A stretch of 64,000 nucleotides of DNA from Candidatus Copromonas faecavium (nom. illeg.). GTDB taxonomy: Bacteria > Bacillota > Clostridia > Lachnospirales > Lachnospiraceae. The number at the start of each line of letters is the position of its first letter. The stretch's first letter is position 1. The stretch lies in contig DVGC01000027.1 of NCBI GenBank assembly GCA_018712915.1, positions 33,928-97,927 on the forward strand, read 5' to 3'. Shown here piece after piece: positions 9,389 to 18,025 of the stretch. Under the pieces are notes generated by a model. It was not told the origin of the DNA, searched no databases, and saw only the letters and a program-made list of their open reading frames with translations. The position numbers and the translations under genes were made by a program.

Positions 9389-10249
9389 ATGGAAAAATGG
9401 CATGAAAATTTAAGAAAACAGTACGAGGCGGTTCCTGTTCCCGATGAAGCGAAAAAACGAACGGAGGCAGGAATCAGGAAAGCAAAGGAGGAGCGCATGA
9501 AAAATAACATCATTCATTATTTTAAACGGGCCGGAGGAACGGCAGCGGCAGCAGTGGCAGCCATTGCCCTGCTTTCCAACACCAGCCCTACCATTGCTCA
9601 GGCTATGGAACAGATTCCGGTGATCGGAGCCATATCCCAGGTTGTGACCTTCCGGACTTATGAAAATCAGACGGGCCATATGGAGGCCCGGGTTAATGTC
9701 CCGGAAATAGAGGAAAGCGGAAAAACCATTCCTGCAAATGAAGAAATGGATCAGTATGCGCAGGCCCTGATCGATGAATACGAAAAAACGGTTCGGGAGC
9801 AGGCGGGAGAGGGAAATTATTCGCTGGATTCCACTTATGAGACCGTGTTTGAAAATGACAAATATGTCTGCATTGTGGTTCATACAACAGTCGCGCAGGG
9901 CGGCGCAGCCCAGTTTACCAAGGCGTTCACCATCGAAAAGAAGAACGGAGAGAGCATCAGCCTTCTTGAGCTTCTGGAGAATGACGAATCCAGGTTGAAT
10001 GCAGTCAGCGATTCGATCAAGGCACAGATGAGAGAACAGATGGCGGCTGACGAGAATGTGATTTACTATCTGGATTCTGACATGCCGGAACAGGATTTTA
10101 AGGGCCTGACCGGAGAGGAAAGCTTTTATTTCAGCCAGAACGGCGAGCTGGTCGTTGCGTTTGATGAATACCAGGTGGCTCCCGGATATATGGGGGCCGT
10201 GGAATTTACGATTCCCACAGAGGTGACAGGAAACCTGGCGGGTAATTAA
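9389..10249 (+). CDS. Anti-sigma factor, RsiV-like (single TM, extracellular DUF3298-like domain)
   Basis: It is translationally coupled to the sigma gene and has a TM segment (GGTAAAAVAAIALL). The C-terminal VAFDEYQVAPGYMGAVEFTIP resembles the DUF3298/RsiV ligand-binding domain. Confidence 0.6.
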   Translation: MEKWHENLRKQYEAVPVPDEAKKRTEAGIRKAKEERMKNNIIHYFKRAGGTAAAAVAAIALLSNTSPTIAQAMEQIPVIGAISQVVTFRTYENQTGHMEARVNVPEIEESGKTIPANEEMDQYAQALIDEYEKTVREQAGEGNYSLDSTYETVFENDKYVCIVVHTTVAQGGAAQFTKAFTIEKKNGESISLLELLENDESRLNAVSDSIKAQMREQMAADENVIYYLDSDMPEQDFKGLTGEESFYFSQNGELVVAFDEYQVAPGYMGAVEFTIPTEVTGNLAGN

Positions 10250-10425
10250 AATGGCGCAGCAGCCAATGAAAATGGTCTTAAAACAGGCGCTTGCGCAGGA
10301 AACCTTCCGGTGCCGGTTGCAAAAGGGAGAGGCCGGTGGTATCCTTTTAAGAAAGGGCCGCCGGCCAAAGGCCGGATCCTGTGAAAACATTCAAAAAAGG
10401 AAACGGCCATGAAGGAGGAACGGGA

Positions 10426-11526
10426 ATGAAATTTGTATGCTCACGGTGTAAAAAAGAGGCGGATGTGACGACGGCCATGCCAAAATGTACCTGCGGAGGC
10501 CTGTGGGATTTGGTTTTTGATCATCCGGACTTTTCTCCTGATTTGGTGGACCGGGATACCTGGGGAATGTTTCGCTACCGGGCTTTCATGCCGGTCTTGG
10601 ACGATTCATGGAAAAAAGTAACGCTGGGCGAGGGAATGACGCCGGTGATTTCCCTTGATGAGGATGTTTTATTAAAGATGGATTACTACATGCCGACGCT
10701 CTCCTTTAAGGATCGGGGAGCCGCCATGCTCGTTGCCCACTGCAAATCCATTGGTATCGAACGTGTGGTTCAGGACAGCAGCGGGAATGCGGGAAACAGC
10801 ATCGCCGCTTACTGCGTCAAAGCCGGAATTGCCTGCGAAATCTATGTTCCGGAGGGAGCCTCTCCCAAAAAGATCGATATGATAGAGGCTCATGGAGCAA
10901 AGGTTCATGTTGTCCCGGGTTCCAGGGACCACTGCGCTGATGTGTGCAGGGAACGGGTGGAGAAAGAAGGGATTTATTATGCCAGCCACGTCTATAATCC
11001 GTTCTTTTACCAGGGCACGAAAACCTATCTTTATGAAGTATATGAGCAGCTGGGCCGGATTCCGGAGCATCTGTTCCTTCCTGTCGGAAACGGGACTCTG
11101 TTCTTTGGCGTTGTTTTTGCTCTGGAGGAATTTCTTGAGGCTGGTCTTATTTCCCATATGCCTCAGGTGATTGTGGTACAGAGTGAACGGTGCGCTCCGA
11201 TTTACGGGGCCAGCCTGGAGGGAGGGAGGAGTCCAAAGAAGGTGATTCCTGAGCCCACCATGGCAGAGGGGATTGCCATCGGCGCTCCCATGCGCGGAGA
11301 GGAAATTCTTGAGCGGATCTGCCGGTATCAGTTTCCGGTTATTACTGCACCGGAAAACTCCATTCTGGAAGCCCGCTCCATTCTCGCGCGGCACGGCATT
11401 TACTGTGAGCATACGACGGCAGCCACCTATGCGGCCTATCTGGAATACTGCCGCATGAATGGCAGAACGCCGGACAGCCTTCTGCCCATGTGCGGTGCAG
11501 GTTTAAAGTCAGATCATGACGAATAA
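10426..11526 (+). CDS. Threonine synthase-family PLP-dependent enzyme with an N-terminal Cys-rich zinc-ribbon-like segment
   Basis: The PLP lysine motif is PTLSFKDRGA and the glycine loop is SSGNAGNS. The N-terminus carries CSRCKK...CTCGG. A GAAGGAGGA RBS precedes the ATG at 10426. Confidence 0.75.
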   Translation: MKFVCSRCKKEADVTTAMPKCTCGGLWDLVFDHPDFSPDLVDRDTWGMFRYRAFMPVLDDSWKKVTLGEGMTPVISLDEDVLLKMDYYMPTLSFKDRGAAMLVAHCKSIGIERVVQDSSGNAGNSIAAYCVKAGIACEIYVPEGASPKKIDMIEAHGAKVHVVPGSRDHCADVCRERVEKEGIYYASHVYNPFFYQGTKTYLYEVYEQLGRIPEHLFLPVGNGTLFFGVVFALEEFLEAGLISHMPQVIVVQSERCAPIYGASLEGGRSPKKVIPEPTMAEGIAIGAPMRGEEILERICRYQFPVITAPENSILEARSILARHGIYCEHTTAATYAAYLEYCRMNGRTPDSLLPMCGAGLKSDHDE

Positions 11527-11578
11527 TTGCGGCGGAGACAAATAATTGTGGCAAAATTGAATCTTCATGGATTCCCGA

Positions 11579-11607
11579 TTGTGTCCTGACCGGAAATCGT
11601 GTATAAT
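11579..11607 (+). promoter_or_regulatory. Sigma-A type promoter candidate upstream of the NlpC/P60 gene
   Basis: The -35 element is TTGTGT, the spacer is 17 nt and the -10 element is TATAAT. This would give a leader of about 190 nt. Confidence 0.5.
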
Positions 11608-11797
11608 GGAAAAGATTCCTGTATGTCAGACTCATCTTTTTGAACGGATTTGCGAAAGAGAAGCAGAGAGAAGGAAAGCTGCTGAAAGGCATGCGGCAGG
11701 GCTTAAGGATCGTCAGGATGAGGCTGTTAAAAAACGTAAAACAGGACTGCTGGCAAACATGATTGACGGACAGAATAAACGGGAGTGCGGATAGAGG

Positions 11798-13057
11798 ATG
11801 ACAGATCAGACAGAATACAGAAGATACGGCAGAAGCAGACGCGGAAGAACAAGAAAGGAAAAACGCTTCCGGTGTTTGCTATGTCTGATGGCCGCCGTTA
11901 TGATGGGGACGGCATTTTATACCCCTGTCATGGCTGTACCGGATACCGCTCAGGCGGAACGGGAAAAACAGGAAGCGGAAGCGGGGCTTGAGGAGGCCAA
12001 CCGTCAGGCAGAGGAGGCGGAAGCGGCTCAGAACGCGGCTCAGGAGGAACTGGACAGCTTAAATTCGGAACTGGTTTCTCTGTTAAGTGAAATCGATCTT
12101 TTAGAGAAAGATATCGCCGAAAAGGAAGAACAGATTGTCCAGGCGACAAAGGATTATGAGGAAGCCAAGGCTGACGAGGAAAGTCAGTATGAGGCCATGA
12201 AGAAGCGGATTAAATATATGTACGAGCAGGGCGATACGGAGTACATCGATATTCTGCTTCAGGCAAAAAGTATTTCGGATATTTTAAACCGGAGTGAGTA
12301 TTTTAACGCGATTTATGAGTATGACCGGAATATGCTGATCCGGTATCAGGAAACCAAGGAAGCGGTTGACCAGTACCGCACACAGCTGGAAGAAGAGCGG
12401 GCAGAACAGGAAGTTATGCAGCTGGAGTACGAATCCCAGCAGGCTAACCTGGAGACCACCATTGCCAATACCAGAACAAAAATTGCCAATTTTGACGAGC
12501 AGCTTGCCAAGGCCAGACAGGAAGCTGCAGAATACGTTCAGGTGATTGCAGCGCGCAATGCGGAAATCCGTGCCGCCGAGGAGGCTGCAAGACGGGAAGA
12601 AGAGTCAAGACGGGCTGCTGAAGCCAGCCGTGCCGCTGAAGAGGCAAAACGCAATGAGGCAAAGGGCCCTGGAGCAACTCAGTCCACTCAGTCCTATAAG
12701 AGCAGCGGCGGAACAGCCAAGGGCCGGGAAGTGGCGGACTATGCGCTTCAGTTCGTGGGGAATCCCTATGTTTACGGAGGCACCAGCTTAACCAACGGAG
12801 CCGATTGTTCCGGTTTTGTCCAGAGCGTATATAAGCATTTTGGAATTTCTGTTCCAAGAACCTCCAGCGAACAGCGCTCCTTTGGAGTTGGAGTCAGCTA
12901 TTCTGAAGCACAGCCGGGAGATATTATCTGTTATCCGGGCCATGTGGGCATTTACATCGGCAACGGACAGATTGTTCACGCCAGCTCGGCAAGAACGGGA
13001 ATTAAGGTCAGCAGCGCCACTTACCGCTCCATTCTGGCGGTACGCAGAGTGCTGTAG
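11798..13057 (+). CDS. Secreted NlpC/P60 (C40) peptidoglycan endopeptidase with an N-terminal coiled-coil domain (CwlO-like)
   Basis: A signal/TM segment is followed by a long heptad-rich region. The C-terminal catalytic domain contains GADCSGFVQ and GHVGIYIG. Confidence 0.85.
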   Translation: MTDQTEYRRYGRSRRGRTRKEKRFRCLLCLMAAVMMGTAFYTPVMAVPDTAQAEREKQEAEAGLEEANRQAEEAEAAQNAAQEELDSLNSELVSLLSEIDLLEKDIAEKEEQIVQATKDYEEAKADEESQYEAMKKRIKYMYEQGDTEYIDILLQAKSISDILNRSEYFNAIYEYDRNMLIRYQETKEAVDQYRTQLEEERAEQEVMQLEYESQQANLETTIANTRTKIANFDEQLAKARQEAAEYVQVIAARNAEIRAAEEAARREEESRRAAEASRAAEEAKRNEAKGPGATQSTQSYKSSGGTAKGREVADYALQFVGNPYVYGGTSLTNGADCSGFVQSVYKHFGISVPRTSSEQRSFGVGVSYSEAQPGDIICYPGHVGIYIGNGQIVHASSARTGIKVSSATYRSILAVRRVL

Positions 13058-13093
13058 GACATTTCCGGTCATCGGAAACCTTCCATAATCTGG

Positions 13094-13122
13094 TTGACTG
13101 CCGAAATCATTTGCCGTATAAT
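13094..13122 (+). promoter_or_regulatory. Sigma-A type promoter candidate upstream of yicC
   Basis: The -35 element is TTGACT, the spacer is 17 nt and the -10 element is TATAAT. Confidence 0.55.
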
Positions 13123-13157
13123 GTTTTTATTATGGGAAAGCGAGGCATTTTCAGCAG

Positions 13158-14036
13158 ATGATAAACAGTATGACCGGCTTCGGACGATACGAGAGCATCA
13201 CGGACGAATGCAGAATTTCGGTGGAAATCAAGGCGGTCAACCACCGCTATCTGGACCTTGGGATTAAAATGCCTAAGAAATTTAACGGGTTTGAGGCAGC
13301 CATGCGCACACTCCTTAAGAATTATATTCAGAGAGGAAAAGTGGATGTCTTTATTACCTATGAGGATTATACGGAGGAGCATGTAAGCCTCCGTTATAAT
13401 GCTGCCCTGGCAGGAGAATATGCGGAGTATTTCCGGAAAATGGCCGAACAGTTCGGAATCGAGAACGATTTAAGCACTTCCGTACTGGCAAGGTGTCCGG
13501 AAGTGCTGACGATGGAGCAGGCTCCGGAAGACGAAGAGCACATGTGGGAGCTTCTGGAGGATGCACTTAAGAAGGCTGCGGAAAACTTTGTGGAATCCAG
13601 GCGCAGGGAAGGAGAAAACTTAAAACAGGATCTCCTCGGCAAACTGGATCACATGCTGGAGCTGGTGGACTTCATTGAAAGCCGTTCTCCGGGAATTGTG
13701 GAAGAGTACCGCAGGAAGCTGGAAGAGAAGGTAAAGGAGCTTTTGGAAACATCGGCCATCGACGATTCCAGAATCGCGGCAGAGGTTACCATCTTTGCCG
13801 ATAAGATCTGCGTGGATGAGGAGACGGTCCGTTTAAGAAGCCATGTGGAGGGAATGAAAAAGGAGCTGATTTCCGGAGGAAGCGTGGGAAGAAAGCTGGA
13901 TTTCATTGCCCAGGAAATGAACCGGGAATCCAATACGATTCTTTCCAAATCCGGAGATTTGGAAATTACGGATCATGCGATTGTTTTAAAAACCGAGATT
14001 GAAAAAATCCGGGAACAGATTCAAAATATTGAGTAA
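13158..14036 (+). CDS. yicC: YicC family stress-induced protein / endoribonuclease
   Basis: The N-terminus is SMTGFGR...EIKAVNHRYLD and the C-terminus is DFIAQEMNRESNTI. Confidence 0.9.
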   Translation: MINSMTGFGRYESITDECRISVEIKAVNHRYLDLGIKMPKKFNGFEAAMRTLLKNYIQRGKVDVFITYEDYTEEHVSLRYNAALAGEYAEYFRKMAEQFGIENDLSTSVLARCPEVLTMEQAPEDEEHMWELLEDALKKAAENFVESRRREGENLKQDLLGKLDHMLELVDFIESRSPGIVEEYRRKLEEKVKELLETSAIDDSRIAAEVTIFADKICVDEETVRLRSHVEGMKKELISGGSVGRKLDFIAQEMNRESNTILSKSGDLEITDHAIVLKTEIEKIREQIQNIE

Positions 14037-14050
14037 CCAGGGGGAAAGCG

Positions 14051-14692
14051 ATGCAGCATCAGGGAATACTGGCTGTTATTTCAGGATTTTCCGGAGCAGG
14101 CAAGGGGACGGTCATGAAGGCTCTTTTAGAGCAGTATGACAGCTATGCCCTGTCCGTTTCGGCAACAACAAGGGAACCCAGACCCGGTGAAGCCAACGGC
14201 CGGGAATATTTTTTCGTATCGGAGCAGGAATTTACGTCCATGATTGAAAAGGGTGATTTAATTGAATATGCCCGGTATGTGAACCATTATTACGGAACTC
14301 CCAAAGCATATGTGGAGTCCATGCTGGCGGAAGGCAAAGATGTGCTTCTGGAAATCGAGATTCAGGGAGCTTTAAAGGTGAAACAGCAGTTTCCGGAGGC
14401 TCTGCTGGTGTTTATTGTTCCGCCTTCTGCAGCGGAGTTAAAGAACCGGCTTCTTTCGCGGGGAACCGAGTCAGAAGATGTGATTGAGAAACGTCTCAGC
14501 AGGGCTGCGGAGGAAGCGGAAGGAATGTCTTCCTATGATTATATTTTGGTTAATGATACGGTCGAGGACTGTACGGCACGGCTTCACGGGCTGATTCAGT
14601 CTCAGCATTATAAAACCTCTGCCAATCAGAAGCTGATTGCACAGATGGAGCAGGAGCTTAAAGAGCTTACAGCGAAGCCAAAGGAAATTTGA
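14051..14692 (+). CDS. gmk: Guanylate kinase
   Basis: The P-loop is SGFSGAGKGT, followed by TTREPRPGE and YYGTP motifs. Confidence 0.95.
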   Translation: MQHQGILAVISGFSGAGKGTVMKALLEQYDSYALSVSATTREPRPGEANGREYFFVSEQEFTSMIEKGDLIEYARYVNHYYGTPKAYVESMLAEGKDVLLEIEIQGALKVKQQFPEALLVFIVPPSAAELKNRLLSRGTESEDVIEKRLSRAAEEAEGMSSYDYILVNDTVEDCTARLHGLIQSQHYKTSANQKLIAQMEQELKELTAKPKEI

Positions 14693-14706
14693 AAGGAGTC
14701 TTTTTC

Positions 14707-15003
14707 ATGTTACATCCGTCATATACAGATTTGATCAATGCAGTGAACAGCGGAACTGAGCCGGGAGAGCATCCGGTGGTTCAGAGCCGTTATTCTATCG
14801 TAATTGCGGCTGCGAAACGGGCAAGACAGCTGATTGCCGGGGATGAGCCGCTGGTTTCCGGAGCTGCCGGAAAGAAACCGCTTTCAACAGCAGTTCAGGA
14901 GCTTTATGAACAGAAGGTCAGAATCATCGGGGAAGATGAAGAGCCCTGGGAAACGGCCGAAGACGAGCAGGAGATGACCGAACGGGAAACCTCCGAGGAA
15001 TAG
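14707..15003 (+). CDS. rpoZ: DNA-directed RNA polymerase subunit omega
   Basis: SRYSIVIAAAKRARQL is the omega signature. A GAAAGGAG RBS precedes the ATG at 14707. Confidence 0.9.
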   Translation: MLHPSYTDLINAVNSGTEPGEHPVVQSRYSIVIAAAKRARQLIAGDEPLVSGAAGKKPLSTAVQELYEQKVRIIGEDEEPWETAEDEQEMTERETSEE

Positions 15004-15085
15004 GAAAAAGAGAGGGGAAATGAGTCCTTGGGGGATTTTCTTTCCTCTTTTTTTACTGAAATTTAAAGGAGAAAGGAAAGACCGG

Positions 15086-16423
15086 ATGAATTTGTTATTC
15101 ATATCCCTGGGCTGTGACAAAAACCTGGTGGATGCAGAAAAGATGCTGGGAATCCTGGGGCATGAAGGGTATTCCTTTGTGGACGATGAAACGGAAGCAG
15201 ATGTCATTGTCATCAATACCTGCTGCTTTATTGGAGATGCCAAGGAAGAAAGCGTCAATACAATCCTGGAGATGGCGCAGTTAAAGGCAACGGGACGGCT
15301 GAAAGCGCTGATCGTGACGGGATGCCTGGCCCAGCGGTATAAAGATGAAATTATAAAGGAAATTCCGGAGGTGGACGCAGTTTTAGGAACCACTTCCTAT
15401 GAGGCAGTTGGAAAGGCGATCCAGGAGGCTCTTAAGGGTCAGCACATGGAGCGGTTTGAGAGCATTGACGTGCCTGTCAGCAAGAGAACGGAACGGATTG
15501 TTACCACCGGCGGGCATTATGCATTTTTGAAAATTGCAGAAGGATGCGATAAAAGATGTACTTACTGCATCATTCCCTATCTTCGCGGAAAATACCGCAG
15601 TGTTCCTATGGAGCAGCTGGTAAAGGAAGCGGAGGAGCTGGCAGAAAAAGGGGTGAAGGAGCTGATCCTGGTAGCTCAGGAGACAACTCTATACGGAAAA
15701 GATTTATACGGGAAAAAGATGCTTCCGGAGCTGCTGCGAAGGCTCTGCGCCGTTTCCGGGATCCAGTGGATTCGTCTTCAATACTGTTATCCGGAGGAAA
15801 TTACCGATGAACTGATTGAAACGATAAAGATAGAGGAAAAGGTCTGCCATTATCTGGACATTCCCATTCAGCATGCCAGTGACGCAGTTTTAAAGCGCAT
15901 GGGACGTCGGACAAACAATCAGGAAATCCGGCAGCTAATCGAAAAGCTGCGGAAGGAAATTCCGGATATTGCGCTGCGGACGACCATGATTTCCGGCTTC
16001 CCGGGGGAAACCGAAGCGGATCATGAAATTCTTCTTCAGTTCGTAAAGGATATGCGGTTTGACCGGCTTGGCGTGTTCGCCTACTCTCCGGAGGAAGATA
16101 CGCCGGCTTACAGCTTTGAGAATCAGATCCCGGAGGAGGAAAAGGAAAGACGCCGCGGAGACGTCATGGAGCTTCAGCAGGAAATCGCCTTTGAGCGCTG
16201 CCAGGCCATGGAAGGAAGGCTTTTGGAAGTGATGATTGAGGGAAAGGTTGCAGATGAGAATGCCTATGTGGGACGGACATATATGGACAGTCCGGACGTG
16301 GACGGCCTGATTTTTGTCAATACGGATCTCTCCCTGATGTCCGGAGATTTCGTTCGGGTCAGAGTAACCGGAGCCTATGAATACGATTTGATTGGGGAGG
16401 CAGAGGATGAATTTACCGAATAA
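15086..16423 (+). CDS. rimO: Ribosomal protein S12 methylthiotransferase RimO (radical SAM)
   Basis: The N-terminal MTTase domain contains ISLGCDKN, the radical SAM motif is CDKRCTYC, and a C-terminal TRAM domain is present. Confidence 0.9.
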   Translation: MNLLFISLGCDKNLVDAEKMLGILGHEGYSFVDDETEADVIVINTCCFIGDAKEESVNTILEMAQLKATGRLKALIVTGCLAQRYKDEIIKEIPEVDAVLGTTSYEAVGKAIQEALKGQHMERFESIDVPVSKRTERIVTTGGHYAFLKIAEGCDKRCTYCIIPYLRGKYRSVPMEQLVKEAEELAEKGVKELILVAQETTLYGKDLYGKKMLPELLRRLCAVSGIQWIRLQYCYPEEITDELIETIKIEEKVCHYLDIPIQHASDAVLKRMGRRTNNQEIRQLIEKLRKEIPDIALRTTMISGFPGETEADHEILLQFVKDMRFDRLGVFAYSPEEDTPAYSFENQIPEEEKERRRGDVMELQQEIAFERCQAMEGRLLEVMIEGKVADENAYVGRTYMDSPDVDGLIFVNTDLSLMSGDFVRVRVTGAYEYDLIGEAEDEFTE

Positions 16424-16949
16424 GCTTACGATACTTCGTGTGATTATGATTCCCTTTTTTGTGGCTGCACTGATGGTGGACGGAGGAACAAACCAGACCA
16501 TGCGGTATGTGGCGGCTGCGATTTTTATCATTGCCAGTCTGACGGACATGCTGGACGGAAAAATTGCAAGAAAATACAATCTTGTCACCAATTTCGGAAA
16601 GTTTATGGATCCTCTGGCTGATAAGCTGTTGGTCTGCTCAGCGCTAATCTGCATGATTGAACTGGGACAGCTTCCTGCATGGATGGTCATCATTATCATC
16701 AGCCGTGAATTTATCATCAGCGGATTCCGTCTGGTGGCCGCAGATAACGGCGTGGTGATTGCTGCCAGCTATTGGGGAAAATTTAAAACCGTTTTCCAGA
16801 TGGTCGGCGTGGTCCTGCTGATCCTGAATATTGAAGCACTGTCTGTGATTACCAGTCTGGTTATCTGGATCGCGCTGATTCTTACGGTGGTGTCTCTGGT
16901 GGATTATATTGTCAAGAACATTGGTGTCCTGACAGAGGGAAGCATGTAG
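16407..16949 (+). CDS. pgsA: CDP-diacylglycerol--glycerol-3-phosphate 3-phosphatidyltransferase
   Basis: The sequence PNKLTILR...DMLDGKIAR...DPLADK matches the CDP-alcohol phosphatidyltransferase motif. Confidence 0.9.
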   Translation: MNLPNKLTILRVIMIPFFVAALMVDGGTNQTMRYVAAAIFIIASLTDMLDGKIARKYNLVTNFGKFMDPLADKLLVCSALICMIELGQLPAWMVIIIISREFIISGFRLVAADNGVVIAASYWGKFKTVFQMVGVVLLILNIEALSVITSLVIWIALILTVVSLVDYIVKNIGVLTEGSM

Positions 16950-16955
16950 GGGGAT

Positions 16956-17699
16956 ATGTCCATGATGAAAACGGAAAAGGGGTATGCCCGGCTCTATAAA
17001 GTATACGGGCGGAGCGAAGGAGAGGTACGGGACCGCCTTCGCCCGATTTTAAAGCAGGGCGGCGCGGCTGTCGTATATACCAGGCGGCGCGGCAAGGAAA
17101 TTCAGGTACTGGCAGAAACCGGAGAGCAGGATGAGGAACGGGCAAAAGCAGTTTCCAGACCTGTGGCAGCGGAAATTAAGCGCGCACTGGGAGACTGGTA
17201 CTATTCCACAAGGGAAAATGAAACCATGGAGGAAGCTGTTGTACGGCTTCTGATAAAATATAACCTGACGGTTTCTACAGCAGAATCCTGTACCGGAGGT
17301 ATGATTGCTGCAAAACTGGTGAATGTGGCCGGAGTCTCCGAGGTATTCCGCGAGGGATATGTCACCTACTCCAATAAGGCAAAGCGCAAATTACTGAAGG
17401 TTGGGAAGACAACGCTTAAGGAATATGGAGCTGTCAGCAGGCAGACGGCCAAGGAAATGGCGGAAGGCGGCATGGCACTGGCCGATTCGGACATCTGCGT
17501 GGCCGTAACCGGGATTGCCGGTCCTGACGGCGGAACGAAGGAAAAACCGGTGGGACTGGTATTCATAGGCTGCTGTGTCAGAGGAGAGACCGAGGTGGAA
17601 AAGTGGAATTTCCGTGGATCCAGACAGGAAATCCGGGAACAGTCGGCCCTGGCGGCCCTGGATCTGTTAAGAAGAATGATTCTGAAAAATTTCCGGTAG
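16956..17699 (+). CDS. cinA: CinA-family protein carrying only the C-terminal PncC-like (NMN deamidase) domain
   Basis: It carries the TVSTAESCTGG and VTGIAGPDGG motifs. The N-terminal MoCF-type domain of full-length CinA is absent. Confidence 0.8.
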   Translation: MSMMKTEKGYARLYKVYGRSEGEVRDRLRPILKQGGAAVVYTRRRGKEIQVLAETGEQDEERAKAVSRPVAAEIKRALGDWYYSTRENETMEEAVVRLLIKYNLTVSTAESCTGGMIAAKLVNVAGVSEVFREGYVTYSNKAKRKLLKVGKTTLKEYGAVSRQTAKEMAEGGMALADSDICVAVTGIAGPDGGTKEKPVGLVFIGCCVRGETEVEKWNFRGSRQEIREQSALAALDLLRRMILKNFR

Positions 17700-17711
17700 A
17701 CAGGAGGCTTC

Positions 17712-18023
17712 ATGCGCTGGTATGAGAAGCTGTATGTAGGAGAAAAGGCAAAAAAGATCCGGTATTCCATCATTCAGGCGGTCCGGGAAGGGCGGCCTCT
17801 GGGATACTACGTGCTGACGCCTGCAGCCAATGAACAGAATCTTTTGGATCTGTATCCGGCGGTTACTCTGTCTCTTCCCTATTATCGGGAAAAAGATTTG
17901 CTGATTGTCGGTGTGGCTCTGGATTTTGAAGATGCCGCCGCGCTTGCCGGAAGAATGATCAGTGAAGTCTATCGAAAAACAGGGGGATTTGATATCCGAT
18001 CATATCTCCTGGGAGAGGAGTGA
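17712..18023 (+). CDS. Hypothetical protein (103 aa)
   Basis: An AGGAGG RBS precedes the ORF and it is tightly packed with its neighbours. I did not recognise a family. Confidence 0.5.
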   Translation: MRWYEKLYVGEKAKKIRYSIIQAVREGRPLGYYVLTPAANEQNLLDLYPAVTLSLPYYREKDLLIVGVALDFEDAAALAGRMISEVYRKTGGFDIRSYLLGEE

Positions 18024-18025
18024 CC

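Noticed and set aside
9410-10390. 326-aa minus-strand ORF
   Set aside because: It is fully antisense to the RsiV-like gene, which has coupled translation and a recognisable domain. The ORF has no RBS or domain signal.
10250-10425. Riboswitch or T-box upstream of the ThrC-like gene (GC-rich hairpins such as GCCGGCC-AAA-GGCCGG)
   Set aside because: It is too short for a T-box and has no specifier or T-box sequence. It matches none of the SAM, glycine or lysine consensus cores I can recall. The hairpins more likely relate to termination after the anti-sigma gene.
11567-11794. 75-aa ORF upstream of the NlpC/P60 gene
   Set aside because: It starts upstream of, and inside, the predicted promoter -10 element, so it would not be on the transcript. 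It has a charged low-complexity composition and no RBS.
11610-11797. c-di-AMP (ydaO-type) riboswitch in the ~190-nt leader of the NlpC/P60 gene, a common association in Firmicutes
   Set aside because: The hallmark conserved segments are absent (GGGGACCCA, GGGGTGAATC and CAGCTAACCTCGTAAGCG-like elements). The leader is simply purine-rich.
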